A DNA stretch of 64,000 nucleotides from an uncultured archaeon (GCA_964608725.1 CAZSPB010000001.1:171696-235695); one strand, 5' to 3'. Positions 47,112-57,876 are shown, numbered from the stretch's first letter. Notes: a model not told the origin generated them from the letters alone. Made by a program: numbers and translations.

Positions 47112-48359
47112 ATGAGTATTATGAGAATAGCTTATTTTGTGTGGGAATATCCTCCTAGACTTGTTGGTGGTTTGGGTACTTACGCTACTGATATGACAAG
47201 AAAGTTGAAAGAAATGGGAAATGAGATTTCTGTTTTTACTTTAAACACAAATAATTTGCCCACTAGTGAAACATTAGAAGGGATAGAAGTTCATAGACCA
47301 AAAATAGTTGATGCTACTCATGTTCTCACAACATTTATAAGTGAAGAGTTAAAGAGATGGGGAACTGGATTAAAGTTTTTTAATGATATTTTCGTTTACA
47401 ATTTACTTTCTGCTAGCAAGTTCATTAATCAAATCTCATTAAAGAATAAATTTGATTTAGTTGTTGTTCATGATTGGCTTTCTGCTATAGCAGGCTTGAT
47501 AATTAAAAAAAGTTTAGATTTACCTGTTGTTTTTCACGTTCATTCAACAGAAGAACAAAGAACTGGAAATGGTTCATCTATAATAAAGGAACTTGAGAAA
47601 AAAATGGCAGAACAAGCTGATATGATAATAACTGTTTCTTACTCTATGAGAGATCATTTACTTTCTTTAGGATATCCAAAAGAGAAAATAGATGTTGTTT
47701 GGAATGGCTGTGATCCAGATTTATACAATCCTGAAAAAGTTGACCAAAATATTCTTAATTCATTGAAAGAAAGGTATGAAGTAAAAGAAGGTGAAAAAAT
47801 TATTCTTTTCATAGGAAGGCTAACGTGGATAAAAGGTGTTGAAAATTTAGTGTTAGCATTTCCTGAAGTTTTAAAAGAGTTTCCAAACTCAAAGCTTATA
47901 ATCCTTGGTAAAGGTGAAGAGTATAATGATCTTATAGAATTATGTGAAAGGCTAAAGATAAAAGATAAAGTTAAAATAAGGTCAGAATTTGTTTCTGTAA
48001 AAGAAAGGATAGCTCATTACGCTTTAGCTGATGTTTGTGTTTTTCCGTCGTTTGCAGAGCCTTTTGGAATAGTTAGCTTAGAAGCAATGTCAATGGAAAA
48101 ACCTGTTGTAGTAGGTTCAACTGGCATAAGTGGTTTTAAAGAACAAGTGATACATGGTGGTGAAAATGAATGTGGAGTTCATGTTGATGGTAAGAATTCT
48201 CAAAGTATTGCATCTGGTATAAAAGAAGTGCTAAAAGATCCTGAAAGAGCAAGAAGGATGGGTAAAAATGGGAGGAAAAGGGTTATAGAATATTTCAGTA
48301 TAGATAAAGTTGCAAAAACTACTTTAGATTTATACAAAAAATTAGTAGAGAAAACTTAA
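47112..48359 (+). CDS. GT4 glycosyltransferase (glycogen synthase-like)
   Basis: WEYPP..GGLG, HDW, HSTE, PSFAEPFG. Confidence 0.88.
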   Translation: MSIMRIAYFVWEYPPRLVGGLGTYATDMTRKLKEMGNEISVFTLNTNNLPTSETLEGIEVHRPKIVDATHVLTTFISEELKRWGTGLKFFNDIFVYNLLSASKFINQISLKNKFDLVVVHDWLSAIAGLIIKKSLDLPVVFHVHSTEEQRTGNGSSIIKELEKKMAEQADMIITVSYSMRDHLLSLGYPKEKIDVVWNGCDPDLYNPEKVDQNILNSLKERYEVKEGEKIILFIGRLTWIKGVENLVLAFPEVLKEFPNSKLIILGKGEEYNDLIELCERLKIKDKVKIRSEFVSVKERIAHYALADVCVFPSFAEPFGIVSLEAMSMEKPVVVGSTGISGFKEQVIHGGENECGVHVDGKNSQSIASGIKEVLKDPERARRMGKNGRKRVIEYFSIDKVAKTTLDLYKKLVEKT

Positions 48360-48361
48360 CC

Positions 48362-49495
48362 ATGCTTTACGAAAAATTTAAAGTTAAAATACCTAACGTA
48401 AGAGTTGCAACTGGTCTTTATTCTCATTGGGATTCTTTTATTAAAGTTAACACTACGTTAAAAAATTTGATAACAAATTCTAGAAAAATAAAACCAAGAG
48501 ATGTGGTGTTAAAAACAAAGGAAGAAGTATTTTATGTTTTGGATAAAAAGGAAGGAGAATCTTTAATATCTAAAAAAATTTTTGATTGGTTGAATAGAAA
48601 GTTCAAAAATAGAGAAAGAAAACTAGGAGGAAATGGAAATAATATGGGAAGAACTTTGTTTAAATTAGGCTTAAGACCTCTCGTCTCTTATCCTTCTAGG
48701 CCAGAAAAATTAATGAAAGCATCTCCAAATTTCTATGTTGCTCTTGAAAAGAAGCTTAAAAATCCAAAAGATACTATAAGAATGAAAGATAAAGAGATAG
48801 AACATATAGTTTTCGAATTTGAGAAAAATAGGTATATACTTTCTTGGGATCCTATCTCTTCAAAAGGGATTTTTGATTACGATTGGCTAGAGTTAGCATC
48901 TTCTAGAAAATTTGTTGATATTGTTTTAATTTCTTATGCTCATCTCCTTTTACCAAAATACAAAAAGAGAACAGATGAAATAATAGAATACTTTGATAAT
49001 CCAAAAAGACCAAAAATTCATTTAGAATTCGGTCTTGGTTGTAAAGAGTCTATGCTATATGCTATCAAAAAATTTTCAGATTGTAATTGTTGTGACTCTT
49101 GGGGTTTGAATGAAACAGAATGTATAGAATACTTTGGAGCGAAGTCCAAAAATTTAAAAGACCTTATTGAAGCTAGCTTAAAAGTTTTAGAAGATTATGA
49201 AATAAGTAGGGTATGCGTTCATTGTTTAGAGTTTGTATTTTCAATTTCTAGGTTTGATATAAAAAAAGAGATTGAAGCATTAAAGGCAGCATGCTTAATT
49301 TCTTCAGCTTACACTTTTAAAAAATTTAATCTCAAGAAAGCAAGAAAACTAGAAGTTAAATTAAAACCAAAAAAGAAGAAACTTGGGAAGTATAACTTTT
49401 GTTTAATACCAGTTCCTGTAAATCCAGAACCGAAGTTATTAACTGGGATTGGAGATATATTTTCTTCTGTTCAAGCAGTTAAAGTATTAAGTTAA
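48362..49495 (+). CDS. ADP-dependent glucokinase/phosphofructokinase family
   Basis: LGGNGNNM, IHLEF, GLNETE, VHCLEF, LTGIGD. Confidence 0.82.
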   Translation: MLYEKFKVKIPNVRVATGLYSHWDSFIKVNTTLKNLITNSRKIKPRDVVLKTKEEVFYVLDKKEGESLISKKIFDWLNRKFKNRERKLGGNGNNMGRTLFKLGLRPLVSYPSRPEKLMKASPNFYVALEKKLKNPKDTIRMKDKEIEHIVFEFEKNRYILSWDPISSKGIFDYDWLELASSRKFVDIVLISYAHLLLPKYKKRTDEIIEYFDNPKRPKIHLEFGLGCKESMLYAIKKFSDCNCCDSWGLNETECIEYFGAKSKNLKDLIEASLKVLEDYEISRVCVHCLEFVFSISRFDIKKEIEALKAACLISSAYTFKKFNLKKARKLEVKLKPKKKKLGKYNFCLIPVPVNPEPKLLTGIGDIFSSVQAVKVLS

Positions 49496-49532
49496 TTTAT
49501 ATATCCTAACCTAAAATATTTTAAGTGATGTT

Positions 49533-51008
49533 ATGAGTATTTTTGATGAAATAAGATTTCTTTCAGACAAAGACTTAGTTTACAAAATGTTTATAGGCGG
49601 TTCTTGGGTTGAGTCATCTGATAAAAAAACTTTTGATGTTTTGAGTCCTATTGATGGTTCTTTAGTTGGTAAAGTACAGAAAGCAACAAAAAAAGACGCT
49701 GAAAATGCTGTTGAAGAAGCCTTTAAAGCAAAAGAAAAAATATCTAACATGGCTGCTATTGATAGGTCTGAAATACTTAGAAAAGCAAGTAAAATCTTAG
49801 AAAAAAACAAGGATGAAGTTATAAAAACTATAGTTTTAGAAGCTGGAAAACCAGTAAAGTTAGCTGAAGGTGAAGTCAACGCATCAATACTAAGGTTAGA
49901 GTATGCTTCTGAAGAAATCAAGATGATGAGAGGAGAATTTTTGAAAGGAGATGTGGTTCCAAAGCATAAGAAAAGATTAGGAATAATAATGAGAAAACCC
50001 CTAGGAGTTATTCTTGCTATAACGCCATTTAATTATCCTTTATACACAGCTGTGGCAAAAATTGCGCCTGCTATTGCTGCTGGCAATTCTATTGTATTAA
50101 AACCAGCAAGTGATGACCCAATTTGTTTGCTTCTATTCGGAAAAATATTAGAAGAAGCAGGTATTCCAAAAGGAGTTATAAACATAATTACTGGTGGTGG
50201 TTCTGAAATAGGTGATTATTTAATATCTCATGAAAAAGTAGACATGGTTTCTTTTACAGGAAGTAGTGCAGTAGGTAAACATATTGCAAGCATAGCAGGT
50301 ATGAAAAAATTACAACTTGAGCTAGGAGGAAAGTGTCCAGCTATCGTTCTTGAAGATTGTGATATAGATTTGGCTGTAAAAGAATGTGTTAAAGGTTCTC
50401 TAGAATTTTCAGGACAAAGGTGTGATGCTGTAAGTAGAATTCTCGTTGTAGATTCTATTGCTGATGAATTCATTAAAAAAGTTTTGGATGAAGTTAAAAA
50501 ATGGAAATTAGGTGATCCTAGAGAACCTTCAACTTCATTAGGACCTTTAATAAATGAAAGAGCTGTAGAGAAAGTTGAAAGTTTAGTCAAAGATGCTTTA
50601 GATAAAGGGGCTAAGTTGTTAAGAGGAGGTAAAAGAAAAGATTTGTATTATGAACCAACAGTCTTGGATAATGTTACTACGGAAATGAGAATTGCATGGG
50701 AAGAAACTTTTGGTCCTGTGATAACTATAATTAGAGTTAATAGTTATGAAGATGCTATTAAGATTGCGAATCAATCAGAATATGGATTAGATTCCTGTAT
50801 ATTCACAAAGAATATAGATTTAGCTATGGATGCAGCACAAAAGTTAGAAAGTGGTGCGGTTCATATAAATGCTCACCCAACTCATGGTCTAGGAGAGTTT
50901 CCATTTGGTGGTGTTAAAAGCTCAGGATTGGGAAGAGAAGGAATAAAATATAGCATAGAAAATATGACAAGAATTCATACTATAGTTTTTCATCCAAAAG
51001 AAGATTAA
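49533..51008 (+). CDS. gapN: Non-phosphorylating glyceraldehyde-3-phosphate dehydrogenase
   Basis: ITPFNYP, FTGSS, LELGGK, SGQRCDA, EETFGP; glycolytic context. Confidence 0.85.
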   Translation: MSIFDEIRFLSDKDLVYKMFIGGSWVESSDKKTFDVLSPIDGSLVGKVQKATKKDAENAVEEAFKAKEKISNMAAIDRSEILRKASKILEKNKDEVIKTIVLEAGKPVKLAEGEVNASILRLEYASEEIKMMRGEFLKGDVVPKHKKRLGIIMRKPLGVILAITPFNYPLYTAVAKIAPAIAAGNSIVLKPASDDPICLLLFGKILEEAGIPKGVINIITGGGSEIGDYLISHEKVDMVSFTGSSAVGKHIASIAGMKKLQLELGGKCPAIVLEDCDIDLAVKECVKGSLEFSGQRCDAVSRILVVDSIADEFIKKVLDEVKKWKLGDPREPSTSLGPLINERAVEKVESLVKDALDKGAKLLRGGKRKDLYYEPTVLDNVTTEMRIAWEETFGPVITIIRVNSYEDAIKIANQSEYGLDSCIFTKNIDLAMDAAQKLESGAVHINAHPTHGLGEFPFGGVKSSGLGREGIKYSIENMTRIHTIVFHPKED

Positions 51009-52291
51009 AGTGTTTCATATAATTTCAAAGTTTTTCTTCCTACTTTTTCCCATGTATACTTTTTTGCAATCCTTATAGAGTTCTTTTCCATAATTTTTTT
51101 CAACGCTGGAGAATCTAAAATTCTTATTACATCCCTTACTAAATCTTCTGCTTCACCAGGCCTTGTAAGTAAACCATTGTAACCATTAAAAACTATTTCT
51201 GGTATACCACCACAGTCACTAGCTACTATTGCTTTACCGCAAGCCATGGCCTCCAAAATGGTTATTCCAAAAGATTCGTAAAGGGAAGGTTGTATGTAAA
51301 GATCTGCTATATTGTATAAATTACTCAAAACTTTCTGTGAGACAGGTTTTGTTATTAGTTTTATTCTATTTTTATATTTTGAAACCAACTCTTCAATCCT
51401 TTTTTTCAACTCATTATGAGTTTTTATTTCAAAATTTCCTGGAAGAACAAGAAGAAACGCTGTATCACTTCTTTTCTCAAGAATGAGAGGCATTGCTTCT
51501 ATGAGAGTTGATATTCCTTTTTCTTTGCTGAACCTACTTACTGTCATTATTACTTTTTGATTGTTTTTGAACCCATATTTTCTTTTGTCCAATTTTTTTG
51601 GTTTAAATATTGAAATATCAACACCATTTGGAATAATAGATATTTTTCTTGAGCTTATGTTATAAGTTCTCATTATTTCATACTTCAAGTTTTTTGAAAC
51701 CGAAATGAAATGATCAGCATGTTTTATCGTTCTTTCAATCCATTCATAGAGAGAAAAATACTTTTTTTCTTCTTCAGACATTAAGCTTTCTCTTCTTATT
51801 TCTACAGCATGAAAAGTATGAACCCATTTTACTCCTAAAAACTGTTTGGCCATGAAGGCACCGCTAGTTAACCAGCCATTTGTGTTAATAAAATCAAAGC
51901 CTCCTTTTTTATTTTCCTTTGAAATTTCACTTGGAATCTTATTTTCGAAAATGAAATAACTTGTTCTTCTTCGTAAAATAGGATCTTCTTCCCTTATTTT
52001 AGAAAATGTACTAATTTCATGAACAGTGAGACTTCCTTTTCCTAAATTACATTTTGAAGTTTTAGATTTTTTATTAGAAGATGTAAAAACGTGAACATTA
52101 CAACCAAGTTTAGCAAGCTCTTTAGAAACAAAATAAGTGTAAATTGCGACTCCAGAAGTGCATTTTCTCCTTCTGGGTGTTGGATAATAATAACTTATCA
52201 TTCCTATTTTTAGCGGTTTTTTTCCAAAAAATGTTGAAATGAAGTTTGATAACTCTGAACTAAATAAATTATGTATTCTTTCTTCTTTCAT
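51005..52291 (-). CDS. GT4 glycosyltransferase
   Basis: IPNGVD, PSLYESFGITILEAMACG. Confidence 0.88.
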   Translation of the reverse strand: MKEERIHNLFSSELSNFISTFFGKKPLKIGMISYYYPTPRRRKCTSGVAIYTYFVSKELAKLGCNVHVFTSSNKKSKTSKCNLGKGSLTVHEISTFSKIREEDPILRRRTSYFIFENKIPSEISKENKKGGFDFINTNGWLTSGAFMAKQFLGVKWVHTFHAVEIRRESLMSEEEKKYFSLYEWIERTIKHADHFISVSKNLKYEIMRTYNISSRKISIIPNGVDISIFKPKKLDKRKYGFKNNQKVIMTVSRFSKEKGISTLIEAMPLILEKRSDTAFLLVLPGNFEIKTHNELKKRIEELVSKYKNRIKLITKPVSQKVLSNLYNIADLYIQPSLYESFGITILEAMACGKAIVASDCGGIPEIVFNGYNGLLTRPGEAEDLVRDVIRILDSPALKKIMEKNSIRIAKKYTWEKVGRKTLKLYETL

Positions 52292-52354
52292 GCTTTATAT
52301 ATTTAGTTTTGTTTTTAAATATCGGTTAATTTTTAAATTAGCAATATAATTTAT

Positions 52355-53677
52355 ATGGGCATCTTTAGGGCCTATGACATTCGTGGAATTTATGGGAAAG
52401 ATTTAACAGATGAAGTAATGTTTGACATTGGTAGAGCTCTTGGAACTTTTCTTAGGGGTAAAGAATCTGTTGCTATTGGTTTTGATTCAAGACCATCATC
52501 TCATAACTTATTCAAAGCTCTTTCAAAAGGTTTAATATCAACTGGTTGTAATGTTATTTCTTTAGGCCTTGTTCCAAATCCTTTTGTTTATTTTTACGCT
52601 TGGAAAAACAAAGTTTATGGTGCCATAATAACAGCAAGTCATAACCCAAAAGAGTGGAACGGATTGAAAATCGTAAAACCAAATGGTGTTAGTTTTATAA
52701 GAGAAATGAAAAAGTTGAAGAAAATATTTAAATCAAAAAAATTTGTTAGAGATAACGGTAAAGTTACAAAAGATAATGCAAAGAAGCTTTATGAAGAATT
52801 TTTACTTAGGAAATTTAATAATGTTAATAAAAAAATAGTTGCCGAATTTTTTGGGAGTGTAAGTTCTATCTCTTTATCCACTCTTAAAAAAGTAGGGCTG
52901 AAAGTCATTTCTCTTCATGGTAGAGTAGATAAAAATTTCTTTGGCTTTAAAAGACCTGAACCTAAAGGAAAAAATTTAGTTTTTTTAAGAAAGAAAGTTA
53001 AAAAAACAAAAGCTGATTTTGGTGTAGCATTTGATGGTGATGGGGATAGATCCGTTTTTGTTGATGATAGGGGGAGAGAACTCAATGGAAGTATATTAAA
53101 TGCAATTTTTATTGATTATATTTTAAGAAAGAAAAAAGGCAAAGTGATAATAACAGCAGATTGTGCTAGTGAGATCGAAAATATTGTAAAAAAATTAAAA
53201 GGGAAAATTATTTGGTGGAGAGTAGGCCATGGATTTATAGAAGAGAAATGTTTAAAAGAAAAAGCATTATTTGCAGGAGAACAAAGTTCTCATTTTTATT
53301 TTAATGAATTTTATCCTTTTTCTGATGGGATAATTGCAACAGTTTATTTAGGAAAAATACTTTCTGAAAAAAATAGAAAATTATCTGATTTAGTTGATGA
53401 AATTAATCTGAGGCCTATAGAAAAGTTGTATATTAATGTTAGAACTGATGAGAATAAAATGAAAATTTTAGAAGTAGTGAAGAAAAAGTATCCTAAGGCT
53501 CTTGATATCATGGATGGAATAAGAATTAAATTAAACAAAGAAGAATGGGTTTTGATAAGAGCTAGTCAAACTATGCCAGAGATAAATTTATGTGTTGAAG
53601 CAAAAAATAAAAAAAGGTTAAGAGAAATTGTTAAAAAATATACAAAATTTATTAAAAATATTCTTTCGCAATATTAG
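52355..53677 (+). CDS. Phosphoglucomutase/phosphomannomutase
   Basis: FRAYDIRG, ITASHNP, FDGDGDR, GEQSSH. Confidence 0.93.
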   Translation: MGIFRAYDIRGIYGKDLTDEVMFDIGRALGTFLRGKESVAIGFDSRPSSHNLFKALSKGLISTGCNVISLGLVPNPFVYFYAWKNKVYGAIITASHNPKEWNGLKIVKPNGVSFIREMKKLKKIFKSKKFVRDNGKVTKDNAKKLYEEFLLRKFNNVNKKIVAEFFGSVSSISLSTLKKVGLKVISLHGRVDKNFFGFKRPEPKGKNLVFLRKKVKKTKADFGVAFDGDGDRSVFVDDRGRELNGSILNAIFIDYILRKKKGKVIITADCASEIENIVKKLKGKIIWWRVGHGFIEEKCLKEKALFAGEQSSHFYFNEFYPFSDGIIATVYLGKILSEKNRKLSDLVDEINLRPIEKLYINVRTDENKMKILEVVKKKYPKALDIMDGIRIKLNKEEWVLIRASQTMPEINLCVEAKNKKRLREIVKKYTKFIKNILSQY

Positions 53678-54683
53678 CAAGTTTTCTAGGTTCTATGTGG
53701 GGAACTGTCTCACCTGAAAATTCAAGATAACCTTCCCAAGATTTTAAACCTTCAGAAATTGGTGATCTTGAAAATATTCTAAATTGATTGCAAAAGTCAT
53801 CTTTTGGTGATGCACTCAAATTTACAACATTAAATTGACTACTTACATTATCCATCAAAATTCTTACTCCTTTTTGTAAAAATTTTGCAACACTTTTTAT
53901 TTCAGCATTTCTTAAACTTTTAAAAGAAGAATTTTCTAAAGTCATTATTACTAATTCCGCTTTTCCGAAAACAGGTGACCATTCAACATAAAAAACAACT
54001 TTAGAATTTAAATCGAAATTTATCACTAAACCTTCTTCAAGCATTGATTTAACCCAAGATTTCCACCATTCTCTACTGCTTTTTCTCAATTTTTTCGTTA
54101 ATTTCATTGAAAGTAAAGTTTTTGATAAAGGTTCATCTTCACAATGAAATTGGCCATGAAAATGCTCTATAGATGCTCCACTTTTTGGGCCACAATTTAT
54201 GTGTGTAGAAACATAATCTTTTCCAGATTCTCTCCCTATTTTTTGGACAAGTTTTAATCCATCAACCCAATTTTTTAACTTCAAATTTCTAGGGTCAGTT
54301 ATATGCTTTTTGTAATTGTAAACTACTATCCCATGTATTTTTCCTGTTGTAAACAAATTCGAAAATGCTGCAGAATCATTTAAAAAGTATTGCTTTTTTA
54401 GTTTGCTATTTTCAGAAAATTTAGCACATCTCTTTCTTGGATTGCACAAAAAACATTCTTTCCTAGACAATTTTTCTATATGGTTTGTCACAATTTCTTT
54501 TTTTCTTAACTCTCTTTCAGGAATTATTCTTGCTTTAGAAGAAAAAGCTGGATTCTTTCTTATTTTTATTTTGTATATTTTAGTGTTATTGTACGAATCT
54601 ATAACACTAGATTTGACAATTTTTTCTAATTTTTTTAAATTTACTTCAGAAGTTTTCTTTAGATAAGCTCTTAATTTTAGCAT
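53652..54683 (-). CDS. GalT-like HIT-family sugar-1-phosphate nucleotidyltransferase
   Basis: CFLC, GASIEHFHGQ; start reassigned to ATG 54683 because the longer frame overlaps the tRNA. Confidence 0.78.
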   Translation of the reverse strand: MLKLRAYLKKTSEVNLKKLEKIVKSSVIDSYNNTKIYKIKIRKNPAFSSKARIIPERELRKKEIVTNHIEKLSRKECFLCNPRKRCAKFSENSKLKKQYFLNDSAAFSNLFTTGKIHGIVVYNYKKHITDPRNLKLKNWVDGLKLVQKIGRESGKDYVSTHINCGPKSGASIEHFHGQFHCEDEPLSKTLLSMKLTKKLRKSSREWWKSWVKSMLEEGLVINFDLNSKVVFYVEWSPVFGKAELVIMTLENSSFKSLRNAEIKSVAKFLQKGVRILMDNVSSQFNVVNLSASPKDDFCNQFRIFSRSPISEGLKSWEGYLEFSGETVPHIEPRKLANIAKEYF

Positions 54684-54728
54684 GTTTTTCCTTAATTTAA
54701 ATAGAATTGGAAAATATAAAATTATTGA

Positions 54729-54802
54729 GCCCCCATAGTTTAACTTGGATAGAACACGACCCTGCGGAGGTCGTGATCTGGGTTCGAATCCCAGTGGGGG
54801 CA
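54729..54802 (+). tRNA. tRNA-Arg(GCG), no intron, CCA not encoded
   Basis: Acceptor GCCCCCA/TGGGGGC, anticodon arm CGACC-CTGCGGA-GGTCG, T-arm CTGGG-TTCGAAT-CCCAG. Confidence 0.96.
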
Positions 54803-55489
54803 TCATTTAATTTTGTTTGCTACTTTAACGACAATTTTCTCTATTCCTTTACTTTTCGGTATTCTTGGGAAAATAAGTTCTATTGAAGTAACTAAACCTT
54901 TCGTTAAAAGAAGATTTGGTGTAATTTCCATTTTAGCATTTTCTTTTTCTAAGAATTTTTTCAAACTTTTATCTTCATTTAAAGATTTACATAAAGCTTC
55001 TTGATTTTTTATTGAAAAAAGTCTTGATAAAGAAATTACGAAAGCATAAAAGCCTACTATACCTAAAATGAAAGCTATAATCAATCTGAAAGTAGTTAAA
55101 ATAAGTTGTCCTATTGTTAAGATTATTAAAAAAGAAATATACATTGAAATTAAACTAAATAAAAGAGTTAGAATAACTTTTATTACTACATCTTTCCTAT
55201 TAGCTCCTCTAAATTTTTTACTTTTCTTATCAAAGATAATCCAAACTTTCTTTAAAGGAAGATAAGTCCTTACAACATAATTTCTTGTGAAGTAGACAAA
55301 TTCTATGCTGATATTTTTTATTCTTTTTATTTTTAAACTCGAAAGAAACTGGAAAAGGCCCACTATTATTAAGGCCATACAAAAGAACAAAAAATATGAA
55401 GAAAGCAATTTGTTATATTTGTAAACAATAAGAGAAGTTAAGAAAAATATGAAAAATAAAATACTTAAAATTTTCAATTTTAAACCCAT
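54803..55489 (-). CDS. Hypothetical membrane protein
   Basis: Four TM segments. Confidence 0.7.
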   Translation of the reverse strand: MGLKLKILSILFFIFFLTSLIVYKYNKLLSSYFLFFCMALIIVGLFQFLSSLKIKRIKNISIEFVYFTRNYVVRTYLPLKKVWIIFDKKSKKFRGANRKDVVIKVILTLLFSLISMYISFLIILTIGQLILTTFRLIIAFILGIVGFYAFVISLSRLFSIKNQEALCKSLNEDKSLKKFLEKENAKMEITPNLLLTKGLVTSIELIFPRIPKSKGIEKIVVKVANKIK

Positions 55490-55535
55490 ATTTTAAAGAT
55501 AAGTTTTTTATTTATAAAAAGGAAAGGTATTTTTT

Positions 55536-55865
55536 ATGGCAAGTATTGTTGATTTTCAAAAACTTGATATAAGAGTTGGTAAAGTGATTGAAGTTGAAGA
55601 TTTAGAAGGAGCTAAAAAACCAATATACAAGATGAGGATAGATTTTGGAGAGCTTGGTGTGAAAAATTCTGCAGCAGGAATAAAAAATGAATACAAGAAA
55701 GAAGAACTTTTGAATAAAAAAGTTGTTGCTATTGTGAATCTTGAACCAAAAAACATAGCAGGGTTTTTATCAGAATGTCTAATTCTTGCAGCTGTGACAA
55801 GAGATGGAAAAGCTGTTTTGTTACAACCTGAAAAAGATGTTGAAGTAGGGTCAAAAATTTACTAG
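55536..55865 (+). CDS. tRNA-binding OB-fold protein (Trbp111/CsaA family)
   Basis: FQKLDIRVG, VNLEPKNIAGFLSECLIL. Confidence 0.9.
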   Translation: MASIVDFQKLDIRVGKVIEVEDLEGAKKPIYKMRIDFGELGVKNSAAGIKNEYKKEELLNKKVVAIVNLEPKNIAGFLSECLILAAVTRDGKAVLLQPEKDVEVGSKIY

Positions 55866-55872
55866 TGATTTT

Positions 55873-56415
55873 ATGATAGATTTATGGGTGGAATTTGTTA
55901 AATCGTTATGGTTATTGTTTCCCATGTATGCTGCTAATGGTTTTCCTCCTCTAGCTAAAGGAAAAATACCAATAGATTTGAATAAAAAATTTTATGATGG
56001 GAATAGAATTCTTGGTGATGGAAAAACGTTTGAAGGATTTTCTTTGGGGTTAATTGCAGGATTTCTTGTAGGTGCTTTAGAAACTTATCTCTACCCAAGT
56101 TTAAATGCTTATGCAATGGAATATAATGCAGAGCTACCATATATGGATCTTAAAGTAGCATTTTTACTCTCTTTTGGAGCTTTGTTTGGTGATATTGTTA
56201 GCAGTTTTTTAAAAAGAAGATTTGGCCTCCCTAGAGGTGCTGATGTTCCATTACTTGATCAATGGAACTTTGTTATTGGGGCGCTATTCTTCTCATTTTT
56301 GTTTACTAATGTAACTGTATGGATGGTTTTAATAATGCTTTTAATAACTCCTCTCATACATAGAATTGCGAACATAATTGCTCATAAAATAAAAGTAAAG
56401 AAAGAGCCATGGTAA
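55873..56415 (+). CDS. carS: CDP-archaeol synthase
   Basis: PMYAAN, PID..DGNRILGDGKT, GDIVSSFLKRR..RG..PLLDQ, C-terminal KKEPW. Confidence 0.92.
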   Translation: MIDLWVEFVKSLWLLFPMYAANGFPPLAKGKIPIDLNKKFYDGNRILGDGKTFEGFSLGLIAGFLVGALETYLYPSLNAYAMEYNAELPYMDLKVAFLLSFGALFGDIVSSFLKRRFGLPRGADVPLLDQWNFVIGALFFSFLFTNVTVWMVLIMLLITPLIHRIANIIAHKIKVKKEPW

Positions 56416-56416
56416 C

Positions 56417-57103
56417 ATGTTGATAGATTGTCATTGTCATAGCATTTATAGCAAACACTGGTTTTGGGGTTTTGATTCTTTGAACACCCCCCAAGAAATC
56501 GTAAAAGTAGCTGTGAAAAAGGGCTTGGGTGGGATAGCAATAACAGACCACAACACAATAAAAGGCAGCTTAGTTGCAAGAAAATTTGCAAAAAAATATA
56601 AAGGTTTCATAGTTATAACTGGTTCGGAAATTAGAACAAAAACTGGAAAAGAAGTTATTGGTCTAGGTATAAAAGAAGAAATAAAACCGAACTTAGAATT
56701 TGAAGAAACTGTGGAAAAAATACATGAAGCAGGTGGGATAGCAGTTTTACCTCATCCATTTGGAAAATATATCTTCAAGAGATGTACAGAAAAAGATGCT
56801 AAATTAGTTGATGCTATAGAAGTCTTCAATTCAACTTTATTAAAGATTTTTAATGAAAAAGCTTCATCTTTTGCTAAAAAATTTAAAAAAGCAAGAACTG
56901 CTGGAAGTGATGCTCACTCAATCAAAGAAGTAGGGAATGCTTGTATAATTTGTAATGGCGATCCTATAGAAGAAATAATGAAAGGAAGAGTTAAAATAAT
57001 AGGAAGAGTAACACCTTTTAAAGATATAGTTTCTCTCATTTCAAAAAAATTTTTAAGATCTATTGAATGGAGAATTTCAAGAACCAGAGGAAAATATATC
57101 TAA
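56417..57103 (+). CDS. PHP-domain phosphoesterase
   Basis: DCHCHS, ITDHN, PHPF, GSDAH. Confidence 0.9.
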   Translation: MLIDCHCHSIYSKHWFWGFDSLNTPQEIVKVAVKKGLGGIAITDHNTIKGSLVARKFAKKYKGFIVITGSEIRTKTGKEVIGLGIKEEIKPNLEFEETVEKIHEAGGIAVLPHPFGKYIFKRCTEKDAKLVDAIEVFNSTLLKIFNEKASSFAKKFKKARTAGSDAHSIKEVGNACIICNGDPIEEIMKGRVKIIGRVTPFKDIVSLISKKFLRSIEWRISRTRGKYI

Positions 57104-57565
57104 AATCCATTTTATACTATAAAAACCTCCATAAGCAAGTAAAAAGCTCATTATTAACTTACCTATAAGAACTGCAATAAAAAATTTTTTCAAATCGTAT
57201 TTTATCATACCACAAAATAATCCTACTATGTCATCTGGAAGCGGAGTGGCTGCAAATAAAATAGTTATAAAAAAACCTCCATACTTTTCAAAAAGTTTTT
57301 CTACTTTTTTTATCTCTTTTTTCCATTTTTTCTCAATAGCCTTTCTCCCACCAAATCCTAAAAAGTAGCCTACAAATTCTCCTAAAGTAGCTCCTAAGCC
57401 TCCTAGAATACCAACTAAGAAAGGGTTCATAAAAGAGCCTGCAATGAATATTATGGCAGCAGAAGGTAAAGGAAAAATTATAGTTGAAGAGCCTATTAAA
57501 CTTATTAGGAATATTCCAAACAATCCATAAGAATTCATTAGAGACTCAAAAAAACTCCAAATCAT
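57077..57565 (-). CDS. DedA/VTT-domain membrane protein
   Basis: GATLGEFVGYFLG, AATPLPDD, IGK. Confidence 0.85.
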   Translation of the reverse strand: MIWSFFESLMNSYGLFGIFLISLIGSSTIIFPLPSAAIIFIAGSFMNPFLVGILGGLGATLGEFVGYFLGFGGRKAIEKKWKKEIKKVEKLFEKYGGFFITILFAATPLPDDIVGLFCGMIKYDLKKFFIAVLIGKLIMSFLLAYGGFYSIKWILDIFSSGS

Positions 57566-57573
57566 ATATATAA

Positions 57574-57876
57574 TTAGATTTTCTTTAAATAACCTTTCAA
57601 AGTTTCTTTAGCAGCTTTTAACTCTTCTTTTCCTTTAAGAGTTATTTCATAGTAAATGTGCCTTCCAGACTTTTTTGATTTTATGTAACCACCTATTTTT
57701 AGCAAATACAAAACTTTGTAAGCTGTAACATTTCCTGTTAAAAATCCAAATCTTTTTCTTATGAGTTTTCTTAACTCATAACCATATTTTCTGCTTTCTT
57801 CTAAAGAGCTAAGAACAAAAATCCATAAATTCTCTTTTTCAATTTTTCTTTTTAATCTTTCGAGAGGCCTTTCCAC
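57574..57876 (-). CDS. PadR-family transcriptional regulator
   Basis: YGYELRK, AYKVLY.L, YYEITLKG. Confidence 0.88.
   Translation of the reverse strand: MERPLERLKRKIEKENLWIFVLSSLEESRKYGYELRKLIRKRFGFLTGNVTAYKVLYLLKIGGYIKSKKSGRHIYYEITLKGKEELKAAKETLKGYLKKI

Noticed and set aside
54684..54806. N-terminal extension MMPPLGFEPRS of the GalT-like ORF
   Set aside because: It is the antisense reading of tRNA-Arg; the real start is probably 54683.
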